A DNA stretch of 24,000 bases from an uncultured Clostridia bacterium. GTDB lineage: Bacteria > Bacillota > Peptococcia > Peptococcales > Peptococcaceae. Location of the stretch: NCBI GenBank assembly GCA_944391625.1, contig CALXUG010000002.1, positions 16,168 to 40,167 of the forward strand. The letters are read 5' to 3'. Positions 10,166 through 17,654 of this stretch are shown here, in pieces; position 1 is the stretch's first letter, and each line of letters starts with the position of its first letter. Under the pieces are notes generated by a model. It worked only from the letters and a program-made list of their open reading frames with translations. It made no database searches and was not told the DNA's origin. The position numbers were made by a program, and so were the translations under genes.

Positions 10166-10591
10166 TTAACCCAGTCCTTGCAGCATTGCAGGCGCTGCTT
10201 TTTCATAATCGGGTTCTTCATCATTTTCAAACTGTATTTTTTCAGATAACCCTAAACTAATTGCTAAGGCCGCATCTACCTGCTGCATCACAGCTGCACC
10301 AAAATGACCCATGTATCGCCGCAATCTTTGCCGATCCAGAGTACGGACCTGCTCTAACAAAATTAACGTTTTATCCCGCAGCCCAAACGCTTCACCGGAA
10401 ATACAAATATGTGTTGGCAGATTGTGTTTATTCTGCTGGCTTGTTATTGCTGCTGCTATCACTGTTGGACTGTAATGATTCCCCACATCATTTTGAATAA
10501 TCACCACTGGCCGAATTCCTCCCTGTTCGCATCCAACAGATGGATTCAAATCAGCATAGTAAATATCCCCACGCCGCACTGCTGTTTTCAT
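10166..10591 (-). CDS. PemK/MazF-family endoribonuclease toxin with an acidic C-terminal extension (141 aa)
   Basis: Track ORF. RGDIYYADLNPSVGCEQGGIRPVVIIQND and LEQVRTLDRQRL are typical MazF/PemK segments. AAGAGGAGA overlaps the end of the upstream recombinase gene, and the ATG lies 7 nt after that gene's stop. Confidence 0.85.
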   Translation of the reverse strand: MKTAVRRGDIYYADLNPSVGCEQGGIRPVVIIQNDVGNHYSPTVIAAAITSQQNKHNLPTHICISGEAFGLRDKTLILLEQVRTLDRQRLRRYMGHFGAAVMQQVDAALAISLGLSEKIQFENDEEPDYEKAAPAMLQGLG

Positions 10592-10598
10592 ACTATTT

Positions 10599-12146
10599 TC
10601 ATCTCCTCTTTACATTCAATTTTTCCCGAAACTGAAATCCGCCAGATAAATAAAAAACGGCATCATCTTCCTCGGTTATCACAATTTTAGTAACCATCTT
10701 CAGAAACAGCTCCTCTGGAAAAACTTCTAACCGCTGCGGTCCTTTTTCTATTAGGCTTATCAATGTTTTAACCCGGTTGATTACTTGATTCCCCCGTACT
10801 CTCTGCATCAACGCTTCTCCTCTGGCTTGTTTCAACTGCTCATTCAATTCCCGAATTTTTTCTATAAAAATAGCAGATTCAAGATGCCCTCGACTTTGCA
10901 GCCTTGAAAGGACCTGAATCTGCTTTTGAATTTTTATTGTTTCTTTTCCTGTTTCTAACGAGATACTTTCTCCCAACTGGTTCTGATATAATAATTCCAG
11001 CTGCTGCAAAGCTGGCACTAATACTTTTTTATAATTTATCTTCAATTTATGATACATTGTCATAAATGCTTCGTAAATACTGTTTTCTTCTATTGCCATA
11101 ATCGGGCATTCTTCTTTCCCTCTGACATGGGTTTGACATACCCAATATAACTTACTCCCATTGGTTTTATAGCGCAGTTTACTTCCGCAATAATCACAAA
11201 ACAATTTATTCTGCAGTACTCGATTGTTTTTCATAGAAAGCGATTGCTCTGGTTTTATCTGCTCTATCAAACGCTGTGTTTTTTCTGCTTCTTCTTTTGT
11301 AATCATTGCATCCTGCGCATGTTCTATATAAAACTGTTCCCTCTGGCCTTGATTTGCCTTTCTCACATACGGTAACGTATCGGTTGTATAGGTTTTCTGC
11401 ACTAAGGCATCTCCAAAATATTTTTCATTCAATAACAGGTATCGAATACCTGATGCTGTCCACACACCATTATGTTTCTCTTTCGGCACTCTAAAATAAT
11501 TTAGCGTATCTGCAATCTTCTGACAGCTATTGCCAGCCAGAAACTGCCTATAGATCCACTGCACCACCGGCTTTTCCTGTTCATTGACGATCAGATTGCC
11601 GTCTTGCAGTGTGTACCCATATGGTGCACAGGTTGTAATAAATAACCCTTGCTCCATTCTGCGTTTAAACGTCCAGCGAATATTTCTGGATAAGGAACGG
11701 GACTCTTCTTCTGACAAACAGCCGAAAAAAGTAAGCAGCAGTTCATCATCCAACTCACTGGTATTGACATGTTCTTTTTCAAATATCACACTGATATTCA
11801 AACCTTTTAGTTTTCTTATATAAAACAGGCATTCCTCAATATTTCTGGCAAATCGGGATACCGACTTTACCAGAATGCAATCAATCTCTCCTGCCTGACA
11901 ATCTCTTATCATTTGCTGAAACCCTGGGCGCTTTTCCGCACTGGTTCCTGTAATTCCCTTATCGGAATAAATATCTACTAAAATCCAATCTGGGTGTTTC
12001 AAAATATATTCTCTGTAATAACTGATTTGAAACTCATAGGAGTTATTTTGGCTGTCTTCTTCGGTACTAACACGAGCGTAAGCACAGACTCGTTTTTTCT
12101 TTGTCTGCAGTTGCTTGATTGGCTCTATCACGAATACTTCTGGCAT
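10599..12146 (-). CDS. Large serine recombinase (515 aa)
   Basis: Track ORF. YARVSTEEDSQ catalytic motif, VKSVSRFARN, recombinase domain (APYGY), zinc ribbon (CDYCG...CQTH...C) and coiled coil. GAGGTG lies 7 nt upstream of the ATG. Confidence 0.9.
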   Translation of the reverse strand: MPEVFVIEPIKQLQTKKKRVCAYARVSTEEDSQNNSYEFQISYYREYILKHPDWILVDIYSDKGITGTSAEKRPGFQQMIRDCQAGEIDCILVKSVSRFARNIEECLFYIRKLKGLNISVIFEKEHVNTSELDDELLLTFFGCLSEEESRSLSRNIRWTFKRRMEQGLFITTCAPYGYTLQDGNLIVNEQEKPVVQWIYRQFLAGNSCQKIADTLNYFRVPKEKHNGVWTASGIRYLLLNEKYFGDALVQKTYTTDTLPYVRKANQGQREQFYIEHAQDAMITKEEAEKTQRLIEQIKPEQSLSMKNNRVLQNKLFCDYCGSKLRYKTNGSKLYWVCQTHVRGKEECPIMAIEENSIYEAFMTMYHKLKINYKKVLVPALQQLELLYQNQLGESISLETGKETIKIQKQIQVLSRLQSRGHLESAIFIEKIRELNEQLKQARGEALMQRVRGNQVINRVKTLISLIEKGPQRLEVFPEELFLKMVTKIVITEEDDAVFYLSGGFQFREKLNVKRR

Positions 12147-12192
12147 CGGTCTGCACCTCGCTTTCCTTTTGTACCACTGACATTACCACAAA

Positions 12193-12363
12193 TCAGAGTA
12201 AAAAGCTATCAAATATTTCATTTTGTACGCCAAGTTTTTGACAAATATACTGCTTGGCTCGCTGCATTTCTTCTTTTGTAATTTTTCCTTGCTGATATAA
12301 CAATTCCAGCTTTTCTGCTGCAGCATAATACATTACGATATTACTGATTGTAAGTGTATCCAT
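12193..12363 (-). CDS. Small hypothetical protein (56 aa), element backbone
   Basis: Not in the track. Hand translation: MDTLTISNIVMYYAAAEKLELLYQQGKITKEEMQRAKQYICQKLGVQNEIFDSFLL. The ATG lies 5 nt after the DUF4314 gene stop and is preceded by GGAG. No family recognised with confidence. Confidence 0.45.
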   Translation of the reverse strand: MDTLTISNIVMYYAAAEKLELLYQQGKITKEEMQRAKQYICQKLGVQNEIFDSFLL

Positions 12364-12368
12364 TTCTT

Positions 12369-12605
12369 TCACTCCAATTTCATTACCGGTTGCTGTTCCT
12401 GTATCACCTGAAATTCATCTTCCCCGGGAATCAAGGCTAAACTGCTGCCATTTTCCCAGCTTACATGAATGCTGCCAATATCATCTACAAATTTCACAAC
12501 GCCTGTCAAGCCAGATGGCATCTGTGTTTCGCCAGCCATACTCTGTAATTCAACTTTTGTTCCGGCAGGATACTCTCTTCTTAATCTCTCCACCTGATTT
12601 CTCAT
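12369..12605 (-). CDS. DUF4314-like protein (78 aa)
   Basis: The track ORF runs 12369-12758. I place the start at the ATG at 12605 (MRNQVERLRREYPAG...) because GGAGGT sits 6 nt upstream. ...VKFVDDIGSIHVSWENGSSLALIPGEDEF matches my memory of the DUF4314 family common in Firmicute conjugative elements. Confidence 0.65.
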   Translation of the reverse strand: MRNQVERLRREYPAGTKVELQSMAGETQMPSGLTGVVKFVDDIGSIHVSWENGSSLALIPGEDEFQVIQEQQPVMKLE

Positions 12606-13027
12606 CCATATACCTCCAAAATTAAAAATAAACAACACATCAGGCTGTTTATGGTCAATAAACATCATGGGAATCTCACCCCAATACACTGTATTGCTGC
12701 CCCCATTGCGTGCGGCGGATTGGTTACCGCTCAAGCTGTGGCTGGGCAGATGTATCATAATCCCTTTGTTATCATCCTGGCAGCCTGGCTGACCAATAAC
12801 CAGACATTTATCTTACTGTTTTTCGCTCCAATGATCAAACTCATTCTTCCTGGCGCAGTAAATAAAACGGCTCCTATAACAAAGAACGTACCTGATGGGT
12901 TTCCTATTTAGTTTTCAAAGAACCAAGTAGCAGGCTATTGCCTTTTATCTTTAACGCCAAAGCGTTAAATTCAGAATTTCTTTTCTAGCAGGATTTTAAA
13001 CTTGCTCATACTCAGCATTAGTTTTGT

Positions 13028-13213
13028 CTACAAACGCAGCACCATATCTGCATCAGGTTCAAAACGGGTTTGTCCCTGCTCATCTATGATTTGACGCATG
13101 GCCAGCTGCTGAATTTCATTTTTATAATGCTGCACAATCTCCAAAATTGCCTTTTCATCCTGCTCGGTTGCCTTGCATATTGTTGCATATGGAACTTTGT
13201 TCTTATTTGTCAT
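13028..13213 (-). CDS. Small helix-turn-helix protein (Tn916 ORF8-like), possibly shortened by an in-frame TAG (61 aa)
   Basis: Track ORF. ATGA start/stop overlap with the sigma-like gene. Reading through the TAG at 13028-13030 continues TKLMLSMSKFKILLEKKF to a TGA at 12971-12973. Confidence 0.6.
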   Translation of the reverse strand: MTNKNKVPYATICKATEQDEKAILEIVQHYKNEIQQLAMRQIIDEQGQTRFEPDADMVLRL

Positions 13214-13638
13214 AGCAGATCATCCATTTCCAAATACAGCCGCAACTGTTTTAAAATACTTTTTCGCTGATAGGTCACCGTTTGCCGAATCATGTCATAC
13301 AACTCTGCTATCTCCTGATCGGTTTTATTCAGAAAAAAATACAGTAAAATCAACTCTCTTTTTTGTGCTGCCAACTGCTCTAACGCCAAAGCTAATGCTT
13401 CATTGCGAACCAACACAAAATTTTCGCCAACAACAAAAACAGTCGGTTTTTTCAGTTCATCGGATACCGACAGTTCCAACAGCTCCTCTAAGGTTAAATC
13501 TTCTAAAAATTTTTCATGCTTTTTCTGCCTTGCATATTCCCGATAAATATCGCGAGTTTCATTTCTCAGTATGGTCATACAAAAATTATGAAACTGCTGC
13601 TCAACCTGTTTTTGCACAGACACAGAAAGCTCATTCAT
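13210..13638 (-). CDS. Sigma-70 region-4-like DNA-binding protein (Tn916 ORF7-like, 142 aa)
   Basis: The track ORF starts at a GTG at 13647. I prefer the ATG at 13638 (MNELSVSVQ...) with GGAGG 8 nt upstream. The C-terminal LILLYFFLNKTDQEIAELYDMIRQTVTYQRKSILKQL is a sigma-70 region 4 / LuxR-type HTH. Confidence 0.75.
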   Translation of the reverse strand: MNELSVSVQKQVEQQFHNFCMTILRNETRDIYREYARQKKHEKFLEDLTLEELLELSVSDELKKPTVFVVGENFVLVRNEALALALEQLAAQKRELILLYFFLNKTDQEIAELYDMIRQTVTYQRKSILKQLRLYLEMDDLL

Positions 13639-14007
13639 GGAAATCACCTCCTAGTATAATAATGATGTAGTCAAGAATGACTACTTGATTAATTAGTTTC
13701 TATACAGATAACAAAAGAATGTGTTCTTCCTTCATCAGATGTTATCCATACTAATCATCATGTCTGACGGTTCCTGATAGACACCGGATAAAACATAAGG
13801 TATCATCCTTTAGGATAGGACAAATAATGTATCACTCCTTGGGATGCTGTTTTAATCAGCCCATACCTACAAGAAAGTCAATTAGTCCATTCGGCAGGGT
13901 TTTATGTTTTAGCTGGTTGGGAGCCGGAAGGCCATACCCGAATAACACGCTAGGTTGTGTACCTGTCAGACTGGAAATGGATTCCTATCAGAAAGGAGCT
14001 TCCGCTC

Positions 14008-15324
14008 ATGTCAAACAAAATTATTTTTAATCTTGATGAATTATTCATCTCTGTTGGCATTGATGTCAGCGCTGACTTCTCATGGATGTCTATTGCACTT
14101 CCAAACCAACAGTTTGTAGGAAAGCCTTATAAAATCCTACACAATAGCATGGATTCCCTTTCAACCGCTGTTTCTAAAATAAAAGAAGCAGAAGAGTTGT
14201 ATTCTTTGGAAAGTCGCATTTTCCTCGAATCCACGGGAGTTTATCATTACCCACTCTTCTGCTATCTTCGTGATAAGGGTTTTAACTGCTCGGTTATAAA
14301 TCCTATCATCACTAAGAATAGCACAAATATCAACATACGAAAAGTGCATAATGACCGTTTTGATTCTAAAAAAGCTGCTTTAGTTGGTTTGAAACCTGAT
14401 TTAAAGGTTTCTCTTATGCCTTCTGACCTTGTTCTAAACTGCCGCAATCTCTCTCGTGAATACTACGATTTAATGGATAACCGCAGTGCTTATGTGAACA
14501 AGCTTCAAGGGGAACTGCGTATGGCATTTCCACAGTATCTTGGCATTTTCTCCAAGGTTACCACTCATACATCTCTTACCTTATTGGAAACTTATACGTC
14601 TCCATCTGCCTTTATTGCAGCCGACAAGCAAGAGATGATTGACACTATCAGGTCAACTGCCCGCTTTGGACTTACATATGCTCAGAACAAGTATAATGCC
14701 ATTATAAAGGCTGCTAATGAAGCCAATGAATTTGGTTACATCATTGACAGCAACATCAAGCGGATTCGCCTGTATATCAGTTTCATTCGCAAATATGATG
14801 AAGAAATCAACAATATTCTGCAAGCAATGCATGAACTCGTAAATGCTAATGAAGATACTGATTTTGTCAAACAGATTCACTTAATCGAAACATTTAAAGG
14901 TGCTGGCTTTTTATCTGCCGTATCTCTTATGGGAGAGATTGGTGATTTTTCTGCTTTTTCAAAACCAAAACAGCTTTTTGCTTACTTTGGGCTGGATCCG
15001 GCTGTAAAACAATCCGGTAAATTTGAAGGCACCAAAATTCAAATGTCGAAAAGAGGGTCTGTTATAGCCAGACGGGTTATTCATACCCTTACTTTACAAA
15101 GCATCAGTATATCTCGCACAGGAGAAGCAAAAAATCCGGTACTTCGTGATTACTATCTCAAAAAATGTGAATCAAAACCAAAGCTTGTTGCAATGGGCGC
15201 TGTTTCACACAAGGTATGCAACATCATATTTGCAATCCTAAGAGATAACAAACCTTTTGAAATCATGACTCCACAGGAGCATATCCAACAATACAATGCT
15301 GCTAAATGCCACATAGCTGCATAA
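14008..15324 (+). CDS. IS110-family DEDD transposase (438 aa)
   Basis: The track ORF runs 13957-15324. I place the start at the ATG at 14008 after GAAAGGAG. N-terminal VGIDVSADFS and LESTGVYH (DEDD RuvC-like domain). C-terminal GAGFLSAVSLMGEIGDFSAFSKPKQLFAYFGLDPAVKQSGKF (Transposase_20 domain). Confidence 0.9.
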   Translation: MSNKIIFNLDELFISVGIDVSADFSWMSIALPNQQFVGKPYKILHNSMDSLSTAVSKIKEAEELYSLESRIFLESTGVYHYPLFCYLRDKGFNCSVINPIITKNSTNINIRKVHNDRFDSKKAALVGLKPDLKVSLMPSDLVLNCRNLSREYYDLMDNRSAYVNKLQGELRMAFPQYLGIFSKVTTHTSLTLLETYTSPSAFIAADKQEMIDTIRSTARFGLTYAQNKYNAIIKAANEANEFGYIIDSNIKRIRLYISFIRKYDEEINNILQAMHELVNANEDTDFVKQIHLIETFKGAGFLSAVSLMGEIGDFSAFSKPKQLFAYFGLDPAVKQSGKFEGTKIQMSKRGSVIARRVIHTLTLQSISISRTGEAKNPVLRDYYLKKCESKPKLVAMGAVSHKVCNIIFAILRDNKPFEIMTPQEHIQQYNAAKCHIAA

Positions 15325-15551
15325 AATACTGTAAATTCAGCTGCATATCTTTTGAAAAAACGATATTCTCGCCAAGGGATAACTACGCCCTTTTTTAACA
15401 GAATTTATTTTTTTTATTTCGCTATTGACATTTATTAGCTGGACTTTCCCAATCAGAGAAAGGAGATTGCAATTTCCCTTTATATATAAAACGTAGTTTT
15501 TCTCGAAAAAGCAAAAAAGGAGCAAAAATTTCTCAAAAATTTTTAAAAAAT

Positions 15552-15595
15552 AGAAAGACACAAGAATCAAACTGAGCTGACTCTTGTGTCTTTCT
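15552..15595. other. Strong 14-bp perfect stem-loop (IS110 right end, or a terminator read on the minus strand)
   Basis: AGAAAGACACAAGA (15552-15565) pairs with TCTTGTGTCTTTCT (15582-15595). On the minus strand it is followed by ATTTTTTAAAAATTTTT. No minus-strand gene lies upstream of it. Confidence 0.5.
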
Positions 15596-15823
15596 TGATA
15601 TGTGAATCGTAATACACCTAAAATGCCATACTGTTCCTGTCTGAAACATTGAAATTCACTTTAGAATATCCTGATACTGTATTCTGATTCTTTTTATTCT
15701 GCAACTTATTCTCCGTTTATCTTATTAATAAACTTTAGTTCATATAATTGCTGTATCATCTTACATTCAACCAACCTTTTCTGTCAGTTAAAATAAATTA
15801 GAATGAATATGAGGTGAATTGCC

Positions 15824-16177
15824 ATGTTTGATTTTACTCAACCTTTAGCCGATGTGATAAAACGGGCGCGGGAGCACCATGAGCTGACGCAAACCCAACT
15901 GGCTGAGCAGATTAATATTGATACCCGCACAGTACTCAACATTGAAAACTGCAAAGGGAATCCCAAAATGCAGGTTTTATTTCCGCTTATCCGCACACTC
16001 AACGTCGATCCTAACGATATTTTTTATCCGGAGCGTTTAAAACAAAACTCTAAACGCAATGACCTGCACCTTTTAGTTGATACCTGCTCAGAGCAGGAAG
16101 CCGCTGCTTTAATTGCCATCATAGATTCTATCTTGAAGGTAATGCGTAACCAGGGACCAACCAATCTGCAAAAGTAA
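15824..16177 (+). CDS. XRE-family helix-turn-helix transcriptional regulator (117 aa)
   Basis: Track ORF. LTQTQLAEQINIDTRTVLNIENCKGNP is a Cro/C1-type HTH. GAGGTG lies 7 nt upstream. Divergent from the sigma-like gene, as orf9 is from orf7 in Tn916. Confidence 0.85.
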   Translation: MFDFTQPLADVIKRAREHHELTQTQLAEQINIDTRTVLNIENCKGNPKMQVLFPLIRTLNVDPNDIFYPERLKQNSKRNDLHLLVDTCSEQEAAALIAIIDSILKVMRNQGPTNLQK

Positions 16178-16217
16178 GAGCCTGCTTTCTGAACAATCGA
16201 TTCCAGAAAGCAGGCTC
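16178..16217. terminator. Bidirectional stem-loop between convergent XRE and KTR genes
   Basis: GAGCCTGCTTTCTG (16178-16191) pairs with CAGAAAGCAGGCTC (16204-16217): perfect 14 bp with a 12-nt loop. It starts 1 nt after the XRE stop and ends 3 nt before the KTR stop. Confidence 0.65.
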
Positions 16218-16220
16218 TCC

Positions 16221-16394
16221 TCATTGGTTGACCGTCATTTTTAGTTGTACAACATTAATCTCATTTGTCTGTTTACACTTAGGGCAATAAAGCGGAAAAT
16301 TCAGCAATACTGTTTCCGGCAGTACCTTGATTCTTGTTTTCCCTCCGCAAACCGGACAACGAACCCAAAAAGAGTCCTGCTTAGACACACTCAT
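16221..16394 (-). CDS. Cysteine-rich KTR-type small protein (57 aa)
   Basis: Not in the track. Hand translation: MSVSKQDSFWVRCPVCGGKTRIKVLPETVLLNFPLYCPKCKQTNEINVVQLKMTVNQ. CPVCGxKTR ... FPLYCPKCK is the pattern I recall for 'cysteine-rich KTR domain' proteins of Tn916-like elements. Confidence 0.75.
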   Translation of the reverse strand: MSVSKQDSFWVRCPVCGGKTRIKVLPETVLLNFPLYCPKCKQTNEINVVQLKMTVNQ

Positions 16395-16463
16395 TGATTC
16401 TTTTCTTCCTTACCTGTTTCATATTTGCTCTGCATCTTTGTGTCTGGCTGATTACGTTGTAGT

Positions 16464-16796
16464 TTACTTCACTTGAGCGGCATAGCAATTATGCGGCCAA
16501 CACTCTACGCGCCATGTAATATGTTCCGTTTTTCCGTTTTCCTGCGGCAGTTCCATACTATAGGTTTCTATCTGGATGTGGCCTACTTTTTCCCTGCCAA
16601 TACGTTCAATAGGAGCTGTAAGCTCTTGCAGAGAGTAGCCCTGAAAAAGCATACTGCGCTGAATAGAGCCATTGGGAGTAGACATAAACCAAAAGAACGC
16701 TACAAAAAAGCATAGGAAAAACGGTGCTATTTTCCATTGATTTTTCTCCTGACCACACCATTCTTTGAGTCTTATAAAAACCGTTTTTTCTTCCAT
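16464..16796 (-). CDS. Hypothetical single-pass membrane protein (110 aa)
   Basis: The track ORF starts at a TTG at 16820. I prefer the ATG at 16796 (MEEKTVFIRLKEW...). One hydrophobic helix (IAPFFLCFFVAFFWFM). No family recognised. Confidence 0.45.
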   Translation of the reverse strand: MEEKTVFIRLKEWCGQEKNQWKIAPFFLCFFVAFFWFMSTPNGSIQRSMLFQGYSLQELTAPIERIGREKVGHIQIETYSMELPQENGKTEHITWRVECWPHNCYAAQVK

Positions 16797-16887
16797 ACAC
16801 TCATTTCTCCGGTTCGTCAATCTAGTTTGGATTAACAGTAACCCCTGTCCTTTATGAAATTGCGTAAAGAAACAAGGGGTAACTGTT

Positions 16888-16980
16888 TTACATAGTTTCG
16901 ATACGATTTTGCTTTACCACATTGATGCTGATCTCCTGTTTACACTTTGGACAATAGAGTGGAAAGTTTAACACAGTAAT
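16888..16980 (-). pseudogene. 5'-truncated second KTR gene (C-terminal ~30 codons only)
   Basis: Hand translation: ITVLNFPLYCPKCKQEISINVVKQNRIETM*. It aligns with the C-terminal half of the intact KTR protein, but the DNA is clearly diverged. The N-terminal CPVCG half is missing. The break coincides with the stop codon (16981-16983) of the first AT-rich cargo gene. Confidence 0.65.
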
Positions 16981-17409
16981 TTATTCCCCTTGCGAAAAAT
17001 CTACCCAAACATAACTGGATCCATCTTTTTCATTGAAAACAGATCTCAAACTACCCCACTCAAATTTTAATGGAACCATCGCAAATTCTTGTTGCAACCA
17101 ATTATCATTTCTTTTTTTCCGCTCCAATTCCCGCTCCTTACTCCAATCATTCCAAGATGGAATTTCATCATTATCTTGAATGGACAATAAGACATACTTT
17201 AACGATTTATTATCTTGTTCAAAATATAGCCTCACTATAAAAAACATTTCCCCACTTTTTCGTGGTTTCAAATACAATTCTATATTGGTATTAATATCAT
17301 AAGAATATATTTCATCCTCACCAATCATCTCAAGAAACTTTGTTAATCCCATATACGGCATTAATATAAATTCATCAAAAGTTATATATCCATTTATTTG
17401 ATCTATCAT
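16981..17409 (-). CDS. Hypothetical cytoplasmic protein (142 aa), last gene of the AT-rich cargo block
   Basis: The track ORF runs 16981-17427. I place the start at the ATG at 17409 (MIDQINGYITF...) with GGAGG 8 nt upstream. No TM segment or signal peptide. It is separated from the kinase gene by 245 nt that contains a TATAAT, so it may have its own promoter. No family recognised. Confidence 0.55.
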   Translation of the reverse strand: MIDQINGYITFDEFILMPYMGLTKFLEMIGEDEIYSYDINTNIELYLKPRKSGEMFFIVRLYFEQDNKSLKYVLLSIQDNDEIPSWNDWSKERELERKKRNDNWLQQEFAMVPLKFEWGSLRSVFNEKDGSSYVWVDFSQGE

Positions 17410-17654
17410 TAGATATCCTCCTTCCATTACAAATTATAGGCAATTGTATAAGTCTAAAAACTGCTTAACAAAGCCATTTTTCAGCACGTATATTTATACG
17501 TTTACTCCACTATTTCTAGCATAAATATGCAATCAGTACTGGTATCGCCCTAAAAATGGCGTTTTATTACTTCGACTTTTACAATTTCCTAATGAATAGT
17601 AATTCATTTGTAAAATATACATATTTTATAAAAATATTGTAAGCCGTCTTTGAA

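Larger units (their letters stand above)
13685..15600 (+). mobile_element. IS110-family insertion sequence (ends approximate)
   Basis: A DEDD transposase gene with about 320 nt of non-coding sequence on its 5' side and about 275 nt on its 3' side. It interrupts the normally short XRE/sigma divergent intergenic region. No terminal inverted repeats, as expected for IS110. CTTGAT occurs at both candidate junctions (13683-13688 and 15595-15600). Confidence 0.7.

Noticed and set aside
12651-12911. 86-aa plus-strand ORF, the upstream extension of the DUF4314 ORF (12606-12758), and a 29-codon minus-strand ORF (MSLIIGAKNS…) in the 12606-12970 gap.
   Set aside because: No SDs, no recognisable motifs and mutually overlapping frames. 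More likely decayed non-coding sequence.
13028-13030. Two conserved-looking reading frames are interrupted by TAG (the ORF8-like gene here and IS3 orfA at 22870-22872). This raised the idea of TAG recoding or suppression.
   Set aside because: TAG is the plain stop of both fumarate hydratase subunit genes (2691-2693, 3264-3266) and of both radical SAM genes. Independent nonsense lesions in decaying mobile DNA are the simpler explanation.
15337-15570. 77-aa minus-strand ORF in the 3' arm of the IS110 element.
   Set aside because: Extremely AT-rich and low-complexity (F/L/K/I), with no SD. It overlaps the hairpin and probable IS end.
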